This document shows, one piece after another, positions 27,137 to 37,960 of a stretch of DNA of 64,000 nucleotides. The position numbers and the translations under genes are program-made. Position 1 is the stretch's first letter. The number at the start of each line of letters is the position of its first letter. The notes beneath the pieces were generated by a model, which was not told where the DNA came from, ran no database searches, and saw only the letters and a program-made list of their open reading frames with translations. Origin of the DNA: Candidatus Latescibacterota bacterium (GTDB lineage: Bacteria > Latescibacterota > UBA2968 > GCA-2709665); NCBI GenBank assembly GCA_963662665.2, contig CAXXJS010000031.1, positions 32,001 through 96,000 on the forward strand. The letters run 5' to 3'.

Positions 27137-29863
27137 CTAATAGTTGAAGCTGTATTTCGCGTACCAGAACGCGCCGCCGAATCCGAACGGGCTGAACTGG
27201 CTGTACTTGTTGCCCGTCCTGTCGCGAGCCAACTTGTGCTCGTCGGGATAGGTATTGAGCACGTTCTGCCCGCCAATGGCGATCGTGGACCTGTAGTCGT
27301 CAAATGAGACACTGGTTTCCAGGTCCAAAAGAACCTTGCCACTGTAGACCTGATCGTCTTCGGAGTCGTACCATTCGCCGAAATAGCTGATGCGGCCCAG
27401 CACGTCCCACCGGGTCGTGAGCGTCTGGGTGAGGGTCAGGTTCCCGCGCTGCTTGGGAAGATTCTCCTCCAGTTCCCTGAGCCGAAGATCGTCCAGAATA
27501 TCCGGATTGTGTTTCGTAACCTTTGTACCCGTGTAGTTATACGCGATGTTCATCGCGCCCAGGCCCACCGGCACGGAAAATACCACGTCGATGCCCTGGG
27601 TCTGGGAGTTGAAGTCGTTGGTGAAGAAGCGGAATTCCTGCAGCCCTGCCGCGCTGGTGATGCCCTCCCTGATGAGTTGCTCCCTCTCCGCATCGCTGAG
27701 TGAAAAGTCCTGCGAAACGGTCAGGCGGTTGTTCACCCTGATGTCGAAGTAGTCGACCGTCATGCTTGCCTTGCCCATATCCAGGACAACACCCAGAGAG
27801 AGGTTCTTGGACTTCTCGGGCGCCAGAGCTTTGGCCCCTTTCAACGCGGCCGCCCGACTCGTGGACGGGACCGTTCCGTTGTTCACGAGATCGTTCTTCT
27901 CGAAGTTGAACTCCGTAGTGATGTTGAACGCGTTCTGCTGGCCGGGCGTGGGCGCCCTGAAGCCGGTGCTGTAACTGCCGCGCACCCTGGCGTTCTCCGA
28001 CAGGCCTATATTCGTTGCAACCTTATAATTGGAGGTGGCGCCGAAATCTTCGAAATTTTCGTAGCGCAGGGCAACGGAAACCGCCGCTCTGTCCGTGGGC
28101 TGGATGTCCCCTTCCGCGTACACAGCCGTGTTGTACCGGCTCCATCTGCCGGCGGCCACTTTGCTGAAGCCGGAAAAACCGTTCGTCGCCGGCTGAAAAC
28201 CCTGGCTGGCCAGCGGCTGGCCGATAATATAGGACTCGATCTGGCCCTCGACGATCTCAAACGTCTCTTTCCGATATTCAAGACCCGCCGCAAGGAAGAC
28301 CTGGGGGTTCACGGGGTAGGTCACACCGAAGTCCAGATTGACGTCCGACTGGATGTAGGAACCCGGATCGAAATACGTGGGCGTTGCGGGCCCCATCGAC
28401 GCGTTCACCGTATTGAAGATGAAGTAGTCCGCCTCGTGGCGTCCGTAGGACATGCTCAGGTCCCAGGATGCGAGTGCCTGCTCCCCGATACCTGTGCCCT
28501 TGATACCCATCAGGATGGACTCATCCGTTGTAAATGCGCCGAACCGCGGCGTGAATCCGCCGGGAAACATCTTCAGGAAGGAGAAGCAATTGGGATCGTC
28601 GCGAACCTGAAGCCAGGCATTCTCGTCCAGCTTGTCATTCTGTATGAGCACTCCTGCGCACTCGCCGCCCTGGCCCACGCCGTCCAGGTCGCCCACACGC
28701 AACGACTGAACGATTGAATCCGCGTATGTTTTCCGATTCAACTCCCTTCCGTCGGGTAGCCTTATGAAATCGACGTCGTCTACCTTAAAGGATTCGAATG
28801 ATTGCCAGACATCCTGCCGCCCTACGTTTCTGTCGCCTGGATTTGGGATGTAATACTCAGGCCCCTTGAACACGCCGCTACGGGTATGTGGATTCCGAAA
28901 ATAGAACCCGCCCTCCGTTTCCTTGTCGGCATAATTCGCGTGACCGTAGAAATCCACGCTCTCGCCCAGGGTGGCGCCGTAGTTGGCGAAGATTTTCAGG
29001 TCGTCGCGAACAAAAGGTTGACCCCAGACCTGGGCGGGATTCGCCACCTCGATATTGCCCGCTGCAATCAGGCCCGCAGCGTCATTGCGCTGTACGGATC
29101 GGATGGTTTCGCCCGTATTGCCATATTCCAGGCTGAGGTTGGCCCAGGTGTTCTCATTGCCCAGGCCGATATTGAAGGCGGCCGTGAACATCTCGCCGTC
29201 GCCCAGAAATTTCCCGTCCCCATCCTGAAAACTCCCCACCTTCACGTTCGCGGCCATTCCTTCGTGGTTGTCTTTCAGGCGGAAGTCCAATACGCCTGCG
29301 ATGGCGTCCGATCCGTATTGCGCCGAGGCGCCGTCTCTAAGGACCTCCACACGCTTCAAGGCGATGGCGGGGATGGCGGAGATATCAGGGCCCTGCGCGC
29401 CGTCTGCAACGCCGTTGCCCAGCCAGTGGATCACGGCGGCGCGGTGTCGGCGCTTGCCGTTGACGAGTACCAGGGCGTGATCGGGCGCCAGACCCCGGAG
29501 GTTAGGGGGCCGGACAACCGTTCCCGCGTCGCTGATGGGCTGCGTGTTGACGTTGTAGGAGGGAATCACGTTTCTCAACAGGTCGGTCACATCCGTGCCG
29601 CCCTGCTTGACGAAATCCTCGCTGGTGACTACGTCGATGGGCACGACCGACTTCGTGGCCGAGCGCGGTCGCCGGGACCCGATCACGACAAGCTCTTCCA
29701 GTTCTACAATTTCATCCAGAATGATTTCCATGGAATCGGCGTCGGCCGTACCCTCGGCTTCCTGCGATACGGAGACACCGGCCAGGGAATGAAGGACCGC
29801 AACTGCAAACGCAACGGACCTGAAAACGTGCTTTGTGATCTTAATTCTGGAACAGGACGTCAT
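27137..29863 (-). CDS. TonB-dependent receptor
   Basis: Signal peptide, VVIGSR, LRGL.PD..LVLVNGKRRH, RVEVLRDGASAQYGSDAIAGV, aromatic C-terminus; SD AAGGA before ATG 29863. Confidence 0.92.
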   Translation of the reverse strand: MTSCSRIKITKHVFRSVAFAVAVLHSLAGVSVSQEAEGTADADSMEIILDEIVELEELVVIGSRRPRSATKSVVPIDVVTSEDFVKQGGTDVTDLLRNVIPSYNVNTQPISDAGTVVRPPNLRGLAPDHALVLVNGKRRHRAAVIHWLGNGVADGAQGPDISAIPAIALKRVEVLRDGASAQYGSDAIAGVLDFRLKDNHEGMAANVKVGSFQDGDGKFLGDGEMFTAAFNIGLGNENTWANLSLEYGNTGETIRSVQRNDAAGLIAAGNIEVANPAQVWGQPFVRDDLKIFANYGATLGESVDFYGHANYADKETEGGFYFRNPHTRSGVFKGPEYYIPNPGDRNVGRQDVWQSFESFKVDDVDFIRLPDGRELNRKTYADSIVQSLRVGDLDGVGQGGECAGVLIQNDKLDENAWLQVRDDPNCFSFLKMFPGGFTPRFGAFTTDESILMGIKGTGIGEQALASWDLSMSYGRHEADYFIFNTVNASMGPATPTYFDPGSYIQSDVNLDFGVTYPVNPQVFLAAGLEYRKETFEIVEGQIESYIIGQPLASQGFQPATNGFSGFSKVAAGRWSRYNTAVYAEGDIQPTDRAAVSVALRYENFEDFGATSNYKVATNIGLSENARVRGSYSTGFRAPTPGQQNAFNITTEFNFEKNDLVNNGTVPSTSRAAALKGAKALAPEKSKNLSLGVVLDMGKASMTVDYFDIRVNNRLTVSQDFSLSDAEREQLIREGITSAAGLQEFRFFTNDFNSQTQGIDVVFSVPVGLGAMNIAYNYTGTKVTKHNPDILDDLRLRELEENLPKQRGNLTLTQTLTTRWDVLGRISYFGEWYDSEDDQVYSGKVLLDLETSVSFDDYRSTIAIGGQNVLNTYPDEHKLARDRTGNKYSQFSPFGFGGAFWYAKYSFNY

Positions 29864-30757
29864 CGCGGAATTCCTTTGTTTCGGGTTTCGGGAAACGGGC
29901 TTCTGATCCAATCGACGTCAGCCTGGTTTGCGGCCGACAGCATCAGGTTCATTTGTCGCAGTCAGTTCACAAAGACCCATACAGATTCATCTCACATTGC
30001 GCAAAAGAGGCGGATTCGCGGACTACAAAATCCGAATCGTCTCGCGACGGGAGGTTGTATTGACAACTCCTCCCTCGTCACCATAGGCAGACTCTCCTAT
30101 ACTTTAATGGCACCTGGCGTCACAACGGTTTCTTTCGACAGTATGCGAATCCGGGGAGAGTTTGTGCCGGCTTCAGGTTGGGATTGAGGACCCGCGGGGG
30201 ATAATGCGCGGGGAATTTCAAATTGCGACAATCCTTCTATTAATATAGTAAAATCGCGACAATTCGCAACATACCATGGAAGAAAATTTCCGTTTTTGTT
30301 TTCTTCATAGCCGCGGCTTGGACTCCGATCCGTGCGAATCGCCGCCATGTCCCACTTACGGCAACGGATCTGCTCGTCGCCAGATCCGCGCCGACTCGAA
30401 ACGGCATTCCAGTTTTCTTCAAGCAGACCCTGGCACAGCGTCTTGTCGCTTTCCGCTGCTTGACTTGCAATCTTAAAAGAAATATACTACCTGTCAATCT
30501 TGATTGTTCATGCTCGTCCTTTTTACATGGATCCCTGGGTTTAACCGGTCGACCATACCCGGGATAACGGGCACCGAATGACGAACTACCTTAAGATTAA
30601 TATAACGATCGCCTGTGTCAATTCGGCGACCTTCGAGGGGCAGTATGGTGAGCGTTCGGTATAAACGTAAAAAAAAGCGAAACACCAGTCGGATTTCGGA
30701 TGGAGGCCGGCGCCGTCCAGGCATTTTAACTTATTCTCCTATTCATAAGGGATCGCG

Positions 30758-31726
30758 ATGGAGACCGTGAAAGTCGTTATTATGGCCGGTCCATGGACCG
30801 AGTGGCGGGAAGAACTGGAATCCGTTTCGCCGCGGGTGACGGCGGTCGCCGCGCACTCCGACGAGGACCTGCTTCGGGAGATTCCGGACGCGGAAGTCGT
30901 CTACGGACGGCTGCCCCGAGCGCCCTTTCTCAAAGCTGGAAAACTTCGATGGGTGCAGAGTATCGGCGTGGGATTCGAAACCATGCTGTATCCGGAAATG
31001 ATCGAAAGCGACGTGGTCATCACCAACACCGCGGGCGCCTTCGACGCCGCGATGGCGGAACAGGCCCTTGCATTCATGCTCGCCCACGCGCGCGGCCTCA
31101 TGCACTTTGAACGCGACCGGAGAGACCGCATCTGGGACCGGCACACGGACACGGTCTCTCAGATCCACGGGAAAACGGCATGCGTGCTCGGCCTGGGTTC
31201 GATCGGGCGCAGCGTCACCATCCGGCTCCACGGCCTCGGACTCACGGTGACGGCCGTGGACGCCCAGGTCGAAACGCCTCCTTCAGGCGTGCGACACCTC
31301 TACAGACCGGACGAGATGCTCCTTGCCCTTTCGGACGCGGACTACGTTGTCGTGGCGCTGCCACAGACCGAAAGCACTCTGGGGATAATCGACGCGGCGT
31401 GCTTCAACCACATGAAGGAAACAGCGTTCCTGGTCAATATAGCGCGCGGACCCATCGTCAACGAAGCCGACCTGATCCGGGCCCTCCTGGAGAAGCGCAT
31501 CGCCGGCGCCGGCCTGGACGTCTTCGAGGAAGAACCCCTTCCGGACGCCAGCCCGTTGTGGGACATGCCCAACGTTGTATTCGCTCCCCACTCTGGCGGA
31601 TACTCCCCCGAGGGACGCGAAAACGTCCTTCGGGTCTTCAAGGAAAACCTGCGACGCTATCTTTCCGAAGAACCCCTTCTGAACGTGGTAGACAAGAAAA
31701 AGGGGTACCTCATTCAACAGGGTTGA
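30758..31726 (+). CDS. D-2-hydroxyacid dehydrogenase
   Basis: GLGSIG, NIARG, LDVFE.EPLP, PH. Confidence 0.92.
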   Translation: METVKVVIMAGPWTEWREELESVSPRVTAVAAHSDEDLLREIPDAEVVYGRLPRAPFLKAGKLRWVQSIGVGFETMLYPEMIESDVVITNTAGAFDAAMAEQALAFMLAHARGLMHFERDRRDRIWDRHTDTVSQIHGKTACVLGLGSIGRSVTIRLHGLGLTVTAVDAQVETPPSGVRHLYRPDEMLLALSDADYVVVALPQTESTLGIIDAACFNHMKETAFLVNIARGPIVNEADLIRALLEKRIAGAGLDVFEEEPLPDASPLWDMPNVVFAPHSGGYSPEGRENVLRVFKENLRRYLSEEPLLNVVDKKKGYLIQQG

Positions 31727-31808
31727 AAGCCGGCGCCGGATTCAATTGTCAACCCTGCCCGCACTCTCCCTCCAACCGGGGGCCCGACCGACCGATCGAG
31801 GAAATCCA

Positions 31809-33059
31809 ATGACAACCCCTGCCGCCTTCTCCATCAACGACGCGGTCGCCCTCGCCTTCGAAAATCAACCGATTGTCGATATTCATACCCACCTCTATCC
31901 AACTCAAATGGGTCCGCTCTGCCTGATGGGGCCCGACGAACTCCTTACCTACCACTACCTGAAAGCCGAAACCTGCCGCCAGCTTCCACCCGGAGTCACC
32001 GTCGCACAATTCAACGCCATGACGAAACCGCGGCAGGCCGACGTCGTCTGGCGCACCCTCTTCGCGGGCGAAGGCAGCCCGCTATCGGAAGCGCAACTGG
32101 GCGTGGTTACCGTTATGTCGGCGCTGGGTCTGAACCCCAGGGCGAATAACCTGGCAGAATTCCGCGCGTTCTTCTCCCGGACAGCCGCTGAAGACTACGT
32201 CGACCTTATCTTCAGGAAGTCCGGTGTCGCGCGCGTTTTTATGACCAACGATCCCCTGGACGACCTGGAGGGTCCCGTCTGGAAGGCGGGATTCGAGAGG
32301 GATCCCCGTTTTGAAGCGGCCCTCCGGCTGGACAGCGCCCTGGCTGGCTGGCCGGCTCCCGTCGCAAGATTGAAGGCACTGGGTTACCAGGTCGACACCG
32401 GTCTTTGCGCGGGAACGATCGCGGAACTGCGACGTTATCTGGATGACTGGATCTCGCGGATGGATGCGCGTTACCTGGCCATCTCCCTCCCTCCCGACTT
32501 CGCCTATCCGTCCGATTCCCCCGTCGCGACGCTGCTGCGGGCGGCGGTCTATCCCACCGCGCGGGAGCGCGGCATACCCGCTGCCCTGATGGTTGGCGTC
32601 AGGCGTCGGGTAAACCCGCTGTTACAGGACGGGGGCGACGGTATGGGAAAATGGGACGTTACCGCGCTTGAAAACATCGCGCGGGACCGGCCCGACGTGA
32701 ACTTCCTCGTGACGCTGCTCTCCCGAGAAAACCAGCACGAACTCTGCGTAGTCGCCAGGAAATTCCCCAATATTACGCCCTTCGGTTGCTGGTGGTTCCT
32801 GAACAACCCCAGCATCATCCAAGAAGTTACTGCCGAACGCCTCGAACTGCTCGGGTCCGGCTTCGTGCCCCAACACTCCGACGCCCGGGTCCTGGATCAG
32901 CTGCTCTACAAATGGACCCATTCCATCAGAGCAATCGCCCCGGTATTTATCCGGAAGTACGAGGCGCTGCGTATCGCCGGATGGCCGCTGACCGAACAGG
33001 ACATCCGGAACGACGTCGCCCGGATGTTCGGCGGCGGCCCCCTCAATTCGAGCCCTTGA
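31809..33059 (+). CDS. Uronate (glucuronate) isomerase, amidohydrolase fold
   Basis: DIHTH, ELLTYHYL, MTNDP, FGCWWF.N.P, PQHSDARVLDQL.YKW.H. Confidence 0.85.
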   Translation: MTTPAAFSINDAVALAFENQPIVDIHTHLYPTQMGPLCLMGPDELLTYHYLKAETCRQLPPGVTVAQFNAMTKPRQADVVWRTLFAGEGSPLSEAQLGVVTVMSALGLNPRANNLAEFRAFFSRTAAEDYVDLIFRKSGVARVFMTNDPLDDLEGPVWKAGFERDPRFEAALRLDSALAGWPAPVARLKALGYQVDTGLCAGTIAELRRYLDDWISRMDARYLAISLPPDFAYPSDSPVATLLRAAVYPTARERGIPAALMVGVRRRVNPLLQDGGDGMGKWDVTALENIARDRPDVNFLVTLLSRENQHELCVVARKFPNITPFGCWWFLNNPSIIQEVTAERLELLGSGFVPQHSDARVLDQLLYKWTHSIRAIAPVFIRKYEALRIAGWPLTEQDIRNDVARMFGGGPLNSSP

Positions 33060-33061
33060 AG

Positions 33062-34249
33062 TCAGCGCAGCCACGACCATTGCGGGGGCACCGCGGCCTC
33101 GTCCCCGAATCTTTCCATCAACATCGCTTTTTCGGCAGGCGGAGCCGAGAGCATCCCCACCAGCCGGTCGCACGTCAGTTCCACCTCTTCGTCCGTCATC
33201 TCCATCGCATCCACGGTGAAATATCCCTCGTCCGTATGGTGCGCGCGAAGACGGATGGACGGATCTCCATTCATCATCGCGAGGTTGATCACGGCGGCGC
33301 TCAATCCCGTTTTCTCCGCATCCACGGATACCCGGGCGCGGCTGAACGGGTTCCCGTTGGGATCGGCATCCACGCTGAGACCGATGCCGTCGATGCCGTC
33401 CAGGCGTGACGCCACCCGGTCCATCTTCCGGTTCTGTTCCGCCTCCCAGCCCGCCACGTCCAGACGCATCCGGTACTCCAGCGCCGCCATCGCGCCGACG
33501 ATTCCCTCCTTGCCCACCTTCATCGGCCTCCCGATCCCGCGGTTCTGCAGGTTCACCGCCCGCACCAGATCTTCACGGCCGCAGACCACGCCTGCCGTGG
33601 TGCCGGAAAGATACTTGTGGCCGCTGCAGATCACCAGGTCCGCCCCCGCGCCCAGGATCTCTCTGATTACGAACGATTGCGCCGCCCCGTCGACGATGAC
33701 GGGTAGGCCGTACTCGTGCGCGATTTCTACAACGCGAGTCAGGGGCAGGGCGCCGTACCGGACGGTGTGGTGCGACACCACAAATACCACCGCCGCCGTC
33801 CGGTCTCCAATGGCGTGCCGGAGTTGCTCCTCGGTGGAACGGTGCACCGTCCCGATCTCCACGGCGACGGCGCCGGCCAGCCGGATCATCTGCGTCACCG
33901 GGGCGCCGAAATTCACCGCGTGGCCCTTCTGGATGACGACCTCGTTGGCCATCCCGGCGGTGTCAGGAAGTTGCCAGACCCTGCCGAGGTCGTTGCCGGT
34001 CATCGCCGCAGCCACCCCCAGCGATATGCCCGCAGCCGTACATGCCGTCACGCACCCCCACTGGGCGCCCGTGGCGCGTACGATCACCTCTCCCGCACGC
34101 TCCTGGAGTTCGTCCAGATCGTAGAAGCAGCCCATCGCATGCGTTACCTCTTCAGCCACTTCCGGCAATACGATCGCCCCCGCCAGATGCGTCATTTTTC
34201 CGCACGCGTTGATGACGCGAGTCAGCCTGTACTTCTCGTGCAAGTCCAT
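33062..34249 (-). CDS. SelA-like PLP-dependent enzyme (DgaE-like)
   Basis: VINA.G.MT.L, VDGAA, SGHK PLP lysine, GIGR.MKVGKE.I.G. Confidence 0.85.
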   Translation of the reverse strand: MDLHEKYRLTRVINACGKMTHLAGAIVLPEVAEEVTHAMGCFYDLDELQERAGEVIVRATGAQWGCVTACTAAGISLGVAAAMTGNDLGRVWQLPDTAGMANEVVIQKGHAVNFGAPVTQMIRLAGAVAVEIGTVHRSTEEQLRHAIGDRTAAVVFVVSHHTVRYGALPLTRVVEIAHEYGLPVIVDGAAQSFVIREILGAGADLVICSGHKYLSGTTAGVVCGREDLVRAVNLQNRGIGRPMKVGKEGIVGAMAALEYRMRLDVAGWEAEQNRKMDRVASRLDGIDGIGLSVDADPNGNPFSRARVSVDAEKTGLSAAVINLAMMNGDPSIRLRAHHTDEGYFTVDAMEMTDEEVELTCDRLVGMLSAPPAEKAMLMERFGDEAAVPPQWSWLR

Positions 34250-34330
34250 CGATATTCCTCCTCGGAAGGCAGAAGGCGAGCGACGTTCCCCGCCGCCCGC
34301 CTTTTCTGTTCCCGTATGGGCATCAGACGG

Positions 34331-35701
34331 TCAACGCCCCACGGCCTCATCCACCGACTCGCTCAGCACCGCCAACCCGTCGACCACGGCGTCTGCTGTA
34401 ATGGTCAGTGGCGGCGAGACCTTTACCGTCTGCCCCCAGGATCCCACGGGCGCGAAAAACAGCAACCCCTTGTGAAAGCAGCGTTCAACCACGTCGAATG
34501 CCAAATCCGGGTCGGGTTCCTTAAGGCCCGGCTTGACCATTTGCAGCCCCGCCACAAGCCCCTTTCCCGTGCAATTGCCGATCACGAGCGGATGGCGGGA
34601 CTGAATTGCGCGAAGACCGTCCATCATCACCGCCTCCAGCCGGGCCGCATTGCCCGTCAGGTCGTCCTCTACGATCTTCCTCAGACTGGCCAGCGCCGCC
34701 GCTGCACAGATCGGATTGCCCGTATGAGTGCTGGTCATGGAACCGGGAGGGTACTGGTCCATTACGTCCGTCCGCCCGATCACGCCCGACAGGGGCAGGG
34801 AACTGCTCACACCCTTTCCGAATGTAATCAGATCCGGTGTTACGCCGTAGTGCTCGAACCCCCACATGGTTCCGGTTCGTCCGAACCCCGCCTGGACCTC
34901 GTCGAAAATCAGCAGCGCCCCATGCGCCTTGCACCACTCGGCCAGGGCTCGAGCGTATTCCACAGGGAGAAAGTCCGGACCCACGCCCTGGTAGGTCTCC
35001 ACGATTACCCCCGCCACGTCGTCGGCCTTCATCCCCTTTTCGTTCAGGGTCGTGCAGAAGTGGTCGAAATCGGTTTTCTCGGTCCAGTACCCATCCGGAA
35101 AGGCCACCTGAACGATGGCGGGATCCTCGTTTACGATCCAGTCTTTCTGCCCGGGCATCCCACCGGCCTGCTGCGCTCCCAGCGTACGGCCGTGGAAGCC
35201 CCGCTCGAACCCAACGATCCCTACCTTATGGTTCCCGCCCTGCATTATACCCCAGGTTCGCGCCAGTTTGATTGCGTTCTCGGTGGCTTCGGAACCCGTT
35301 GTCAGCAGAAATACCTTTTCCAGTCCGTCCGGCGCCAGTCGAATCAAAAACTCCGACAGTTCCGCCCTCGCGGCGTTTGGGAACACGTAACTGTGCAGGA
35401 GTCCGCTATTGACCTGATCCAGAATTGCCTTCCGCACCTCCGGCATCCCGTGGCCCGCATTGGTCACCAGCACACCGGAACTCCAATCCAGCCACATATT
35501 CCCGTACCTGTCGTGAACCTGGACGTCCTCAGCCCGATCCCACACGACCGGCGGCTGTCCACGCATCGAAGTCGGTTCAAAGGTGCGAAGCGTCTCGAGC
35601 ACGGGTACCGACTCCGGATGCGGCAACTCGGAGACGATTCGCCGAAATTGGGTGTCCACACGGGGAACGGCCCGGGGCGTTATATCGAACTCCCTGCCCA
35701 T
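34331..35701 (-). CDS. Class-III PLP aminotransferase
   Basis: TGSEA.E.A.KLAR, FHGRT, DEVQAGFGRTG, GKG, TH.GNP. Confidence 0.92.
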   Translation of the reverse strand: MGREFDITPRAVPRVDTQFRRIVSELPHPESVPVLETLRTFEPTSMRGQPPVVWDRAEDVQVHDRYGNMWLDWSSGVLVTNAGHGMPEVRKAILDQVNSGLLHSYVFPNAARAELSEFLIRLAPDGLEKVFLLTTGSEATENAIKLARTWGIMQGGNHKVGIVGFERGFHGRTLGAQQAGGMPGQKDWIVNEDPAIVQVAFPDGYWTEKTDFDHFCTTLNEKGMKADDVAGVIVETYQGVGPDFLPVEYARALAEWCKAHGALLIFDEVQAGFGRTGTMWGFEHYGVTPDLITFGKGVSSSLPLSGVIGRTDVMDQYPPGSMTSTHTGNPICAAAALASLRKIVEDDLTGNAARLEAVMMDGLRAIQSRHPLVIGNCTGKGLVAGLQMVKPGLKEPDPDLAFDVVERCFHKGLLFFAPVGSWGQTVKVSPPLTITADAVVDGLAVLSESVDEAVGR

Positions 35702-35788
35702 CGAATCCTCCTGAAATTGAAAAACGAGCCGCGAGGCGCCCGGCCGAGTGGGACGTAGCGGCGTCTCACGACCCGCTGTTCCCCTCCT

Positions 35789-37072
35789 TTATAAAGCCTT
35801 CCCGTAGATCTGCTGAAAGACCGCGTCCTTTCCCTCGTCGATCCGGTTGGGGTCGATTATGGTAATGCCGTCTTTCCCGAACCGGGCCGTCACGGGCGTC
35901 CCCTTGCCTTCCTGCAGATATTTGAAATTCAGATCCCGCACCCGCCTGGCGGCATCGACAATTGCAACCGTAATCCGCCCATCGGCCGCGGTCGGATAGA
36001 TCCCGTCCACGTCCTCGCGCGTCGCCCCCAGGAACTTGATCCGGCAGGCTGCAACCAGCCCCACCGTGATACTGTCCACACCGTATCCGATATATGCATC
36101 CGAGCCGTCCGGACGCCTGACGTCGCGTGTCATATGGTTGTTCACCGTGCGGCTGCCGCCTCCATTGTACCAGAAACGCAGACCCCGGTACTGCTGGTCA
36201 GACTCCACCTTTCCGTCGGTACCCACAATTTCATGGCCCTGATTCACGGGACCCTCGAAGTCTTCCGGCGTGATCCAGTTATTGTGAAAATAGACGCTCA
36301 TGCCGTTCTCGAATTCAACGCGTACCTGAACCGAGTCGTACGCATTGATGCCGTCGCGAACAAGCCGCTTCTTCTGTCCAACGGCGGACAGCGCGACCGG
36401 CTTGCTCCTGAAATAGTTGTAAATCAGGTCCGTCCAGTGCGGACCGACGTAACTGAACGGATCGCTTTGTTCCGCCCACTTGAACGTGCTCGTGGACACC
36501 TCCAGCGGCTCTTCAAGCACGGCCTGCCCGTAGAGCGGCTCTCCGATTCGCGTAGATAGATCGTGCTGAACGCGCAGATGATCCGGATCGTAACGCTTGT
36601 GCATATCCACGCAAACCACGAGCCCCTTCCTGTCGGCCAGTTCGATGATCTCGTCCGCCTCCTCAATGGACAGGCACATCGGTTTTTCCATCACCACGTG
36701 CGTCCCGTTCCGTAGCGCAGCCAGCGTCACCTCGGTATGAAGATGGTCCGGCGTAACAACCGCCATAACGTCCAGGTCGGGAAAATCGCGCAACACGTCT
36801 TCCCACGGCGTTTCTCCCCAATAGATTCCCGGTTCGCGACCCGTGGATGCCCTGTAGTTCTCCCGCGCCCGTTCCGCCGACGCGTGGGACCGCGTGGCCA
36901 CTGCCACCAGATCGAACTGAATATCGGCCATGTCCCGCGCCCACCGGTCCAGCCCGACCCGTCCGAGATTTCCACTGATTCCCATCCGCTGCAAATCGGC
37001 AAACGCCCTTGCATGAACGTCGCCTCCGAACATCCCCGCGCCGATCAGCGCGATCTTCATGGTGCGCTGCAT
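35789..37072 (-). CDS. Gfo/Idh/MocA family oxidoreductase
   Basis: IGAG..G, TPDHLH, EKP, HKRYDP. Confidence 0.9.
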   Translation of the reverse strand: MQRTMKIALIGAGMFGGDVHARAFADLQRMGISGNLGRVGLDRWARDMADIQFDLVAVATRSHASAERARENYRASTGREPGIYWGETPWEDVLRDFPDLDVMAVVTPDHLHTEVTLAALRNGTHVVMEKPMCLSIEEADEIIELADRKGLVVCVDMHKRYDPDHLRVQHDLSTRIGEPLYGQAVLEEPLEVSTSTFKWAEQSDPFSYVGPHWTDLIYNYFRSKPVALSAVGQKKRLVRDGINAYDSVQVRVEFENGMSVYFHNNWITPEDFEGPVNQGHEIVGTDGKVESDQQYRGLRFWYNGGGSRTVNNHMTRDVRRPDGSDAYIGYGVDSITVGLVAACRIKFLGATREDVDGIYPTAADGRITVAIVDAARRVRDLNFKYLQEGKGTPVTARFGKDGITIIDPNRIDEGKDAVFQQIYGKAL

Positions 37073-37194
37073 TCCGTACCTCGCTTTCACGTTTTCCCGA
37101 TTTGTCCCACGGGACGCGCCGGAACCCTGTCTTCGCCTGGCCGATTCATTCGGTACCGGCGTGCGCGCTTTCGGATCCGAACGCCCTGTGTTCC

Positions 37195-37929
37195 TCATCT
37201 CGTAGAGACGGTACCCCTTACATAGTCGGCATCCTCCGATACCAGAAACGCCAGCACCTTCCCCACACCCTCCGGATTACCCAGACCCTGTCTCATCTCC
37301 TCCAGAGACCGGCCCTCAAGATCCGCCTGTTTCTCCAACACGCCCATCTTCAAAGGCGTATCAAGACTCCCGGGACACACCGCATGCACGCGGATTCCCC
37401 TGGAGGCCAGTTGCGGCGCGAGTACCAGAGAGAGCCCGTGCACCCCGCCCTTGCTCGATCCGTACGCCGCCGACGAACTGCCTCCCCGCACCCCGGCGCC
37501 GGAAGACACGAGCACAATCACCCCGCCGCACGAATGTTCCAGAACCGGCGCCGTGTATTTGCACATCAGAAAACTGCCCTTCAGATTCACGTCGACCACC
37601 CGGTCCCAGGTCTCTTCTGCGAACTGATCGACGGGGACAAGCGCGCCTTCCAGAATTCCCGCGGAGTGAATCAGACCGTCGATCCGTCCGAACGCGCCGA
37701 CCACGGCTTCCACCGTCGCCCTGACGTCGGCCTCCACGCTTACGTCCACCTCGAACCCCCGCGCGGCGCCCCCAGATCCCACGATCTCGCCAACCGTTGC
37801 CGCAACGCCGTCCCCGTCGCAATCCGCGACCCCCACGCGAGCGCCGGCCCGGGCGCAACAGATCGATGCGGCGCGGCCGATGCCCGACGCCCCACCCGTT
37901 ACCAGAATCACCTTCTTTTCCAACGGCAT
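37195..37929 (-). CDS. Short-chain dehydrogenase/reductase
   Basis: TGGASGIG, SAG, VNL.G, YGSSK, CPG. Confidence 0.92.
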   Translation of the reverse strand: MPLEKKVILVTGGASGIGRAASICCARAGARVGVADCDGDGVAATVGEIVGSGGAARGFEVDVSVEADVRATVEAVVGAFGRIDGLIHSAGILEGALVPVDQFAEETWDRVVDVNLKGSFLMCKYTAPVLEHSCGGVIVLVSSGAGVRGGSSSAAYGSSKGGVHGLSLVLAPQLASRGIRVHAVCPGSLDTPLKMGVLEKQADLEGRSLEEMRQGLGNPEGVGKVLAFLVSEDADYVRGTVSTR

Positions 37930-37960
37930 CTCACCCCTCGAGCCCGGCATTCCCGGCCAT

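Noticed and set aside
33062-34249. Selenocysteine synthase SelA
   Set aside because: Shorter, DgaE-like motifs; no selB/selC/selD nearby
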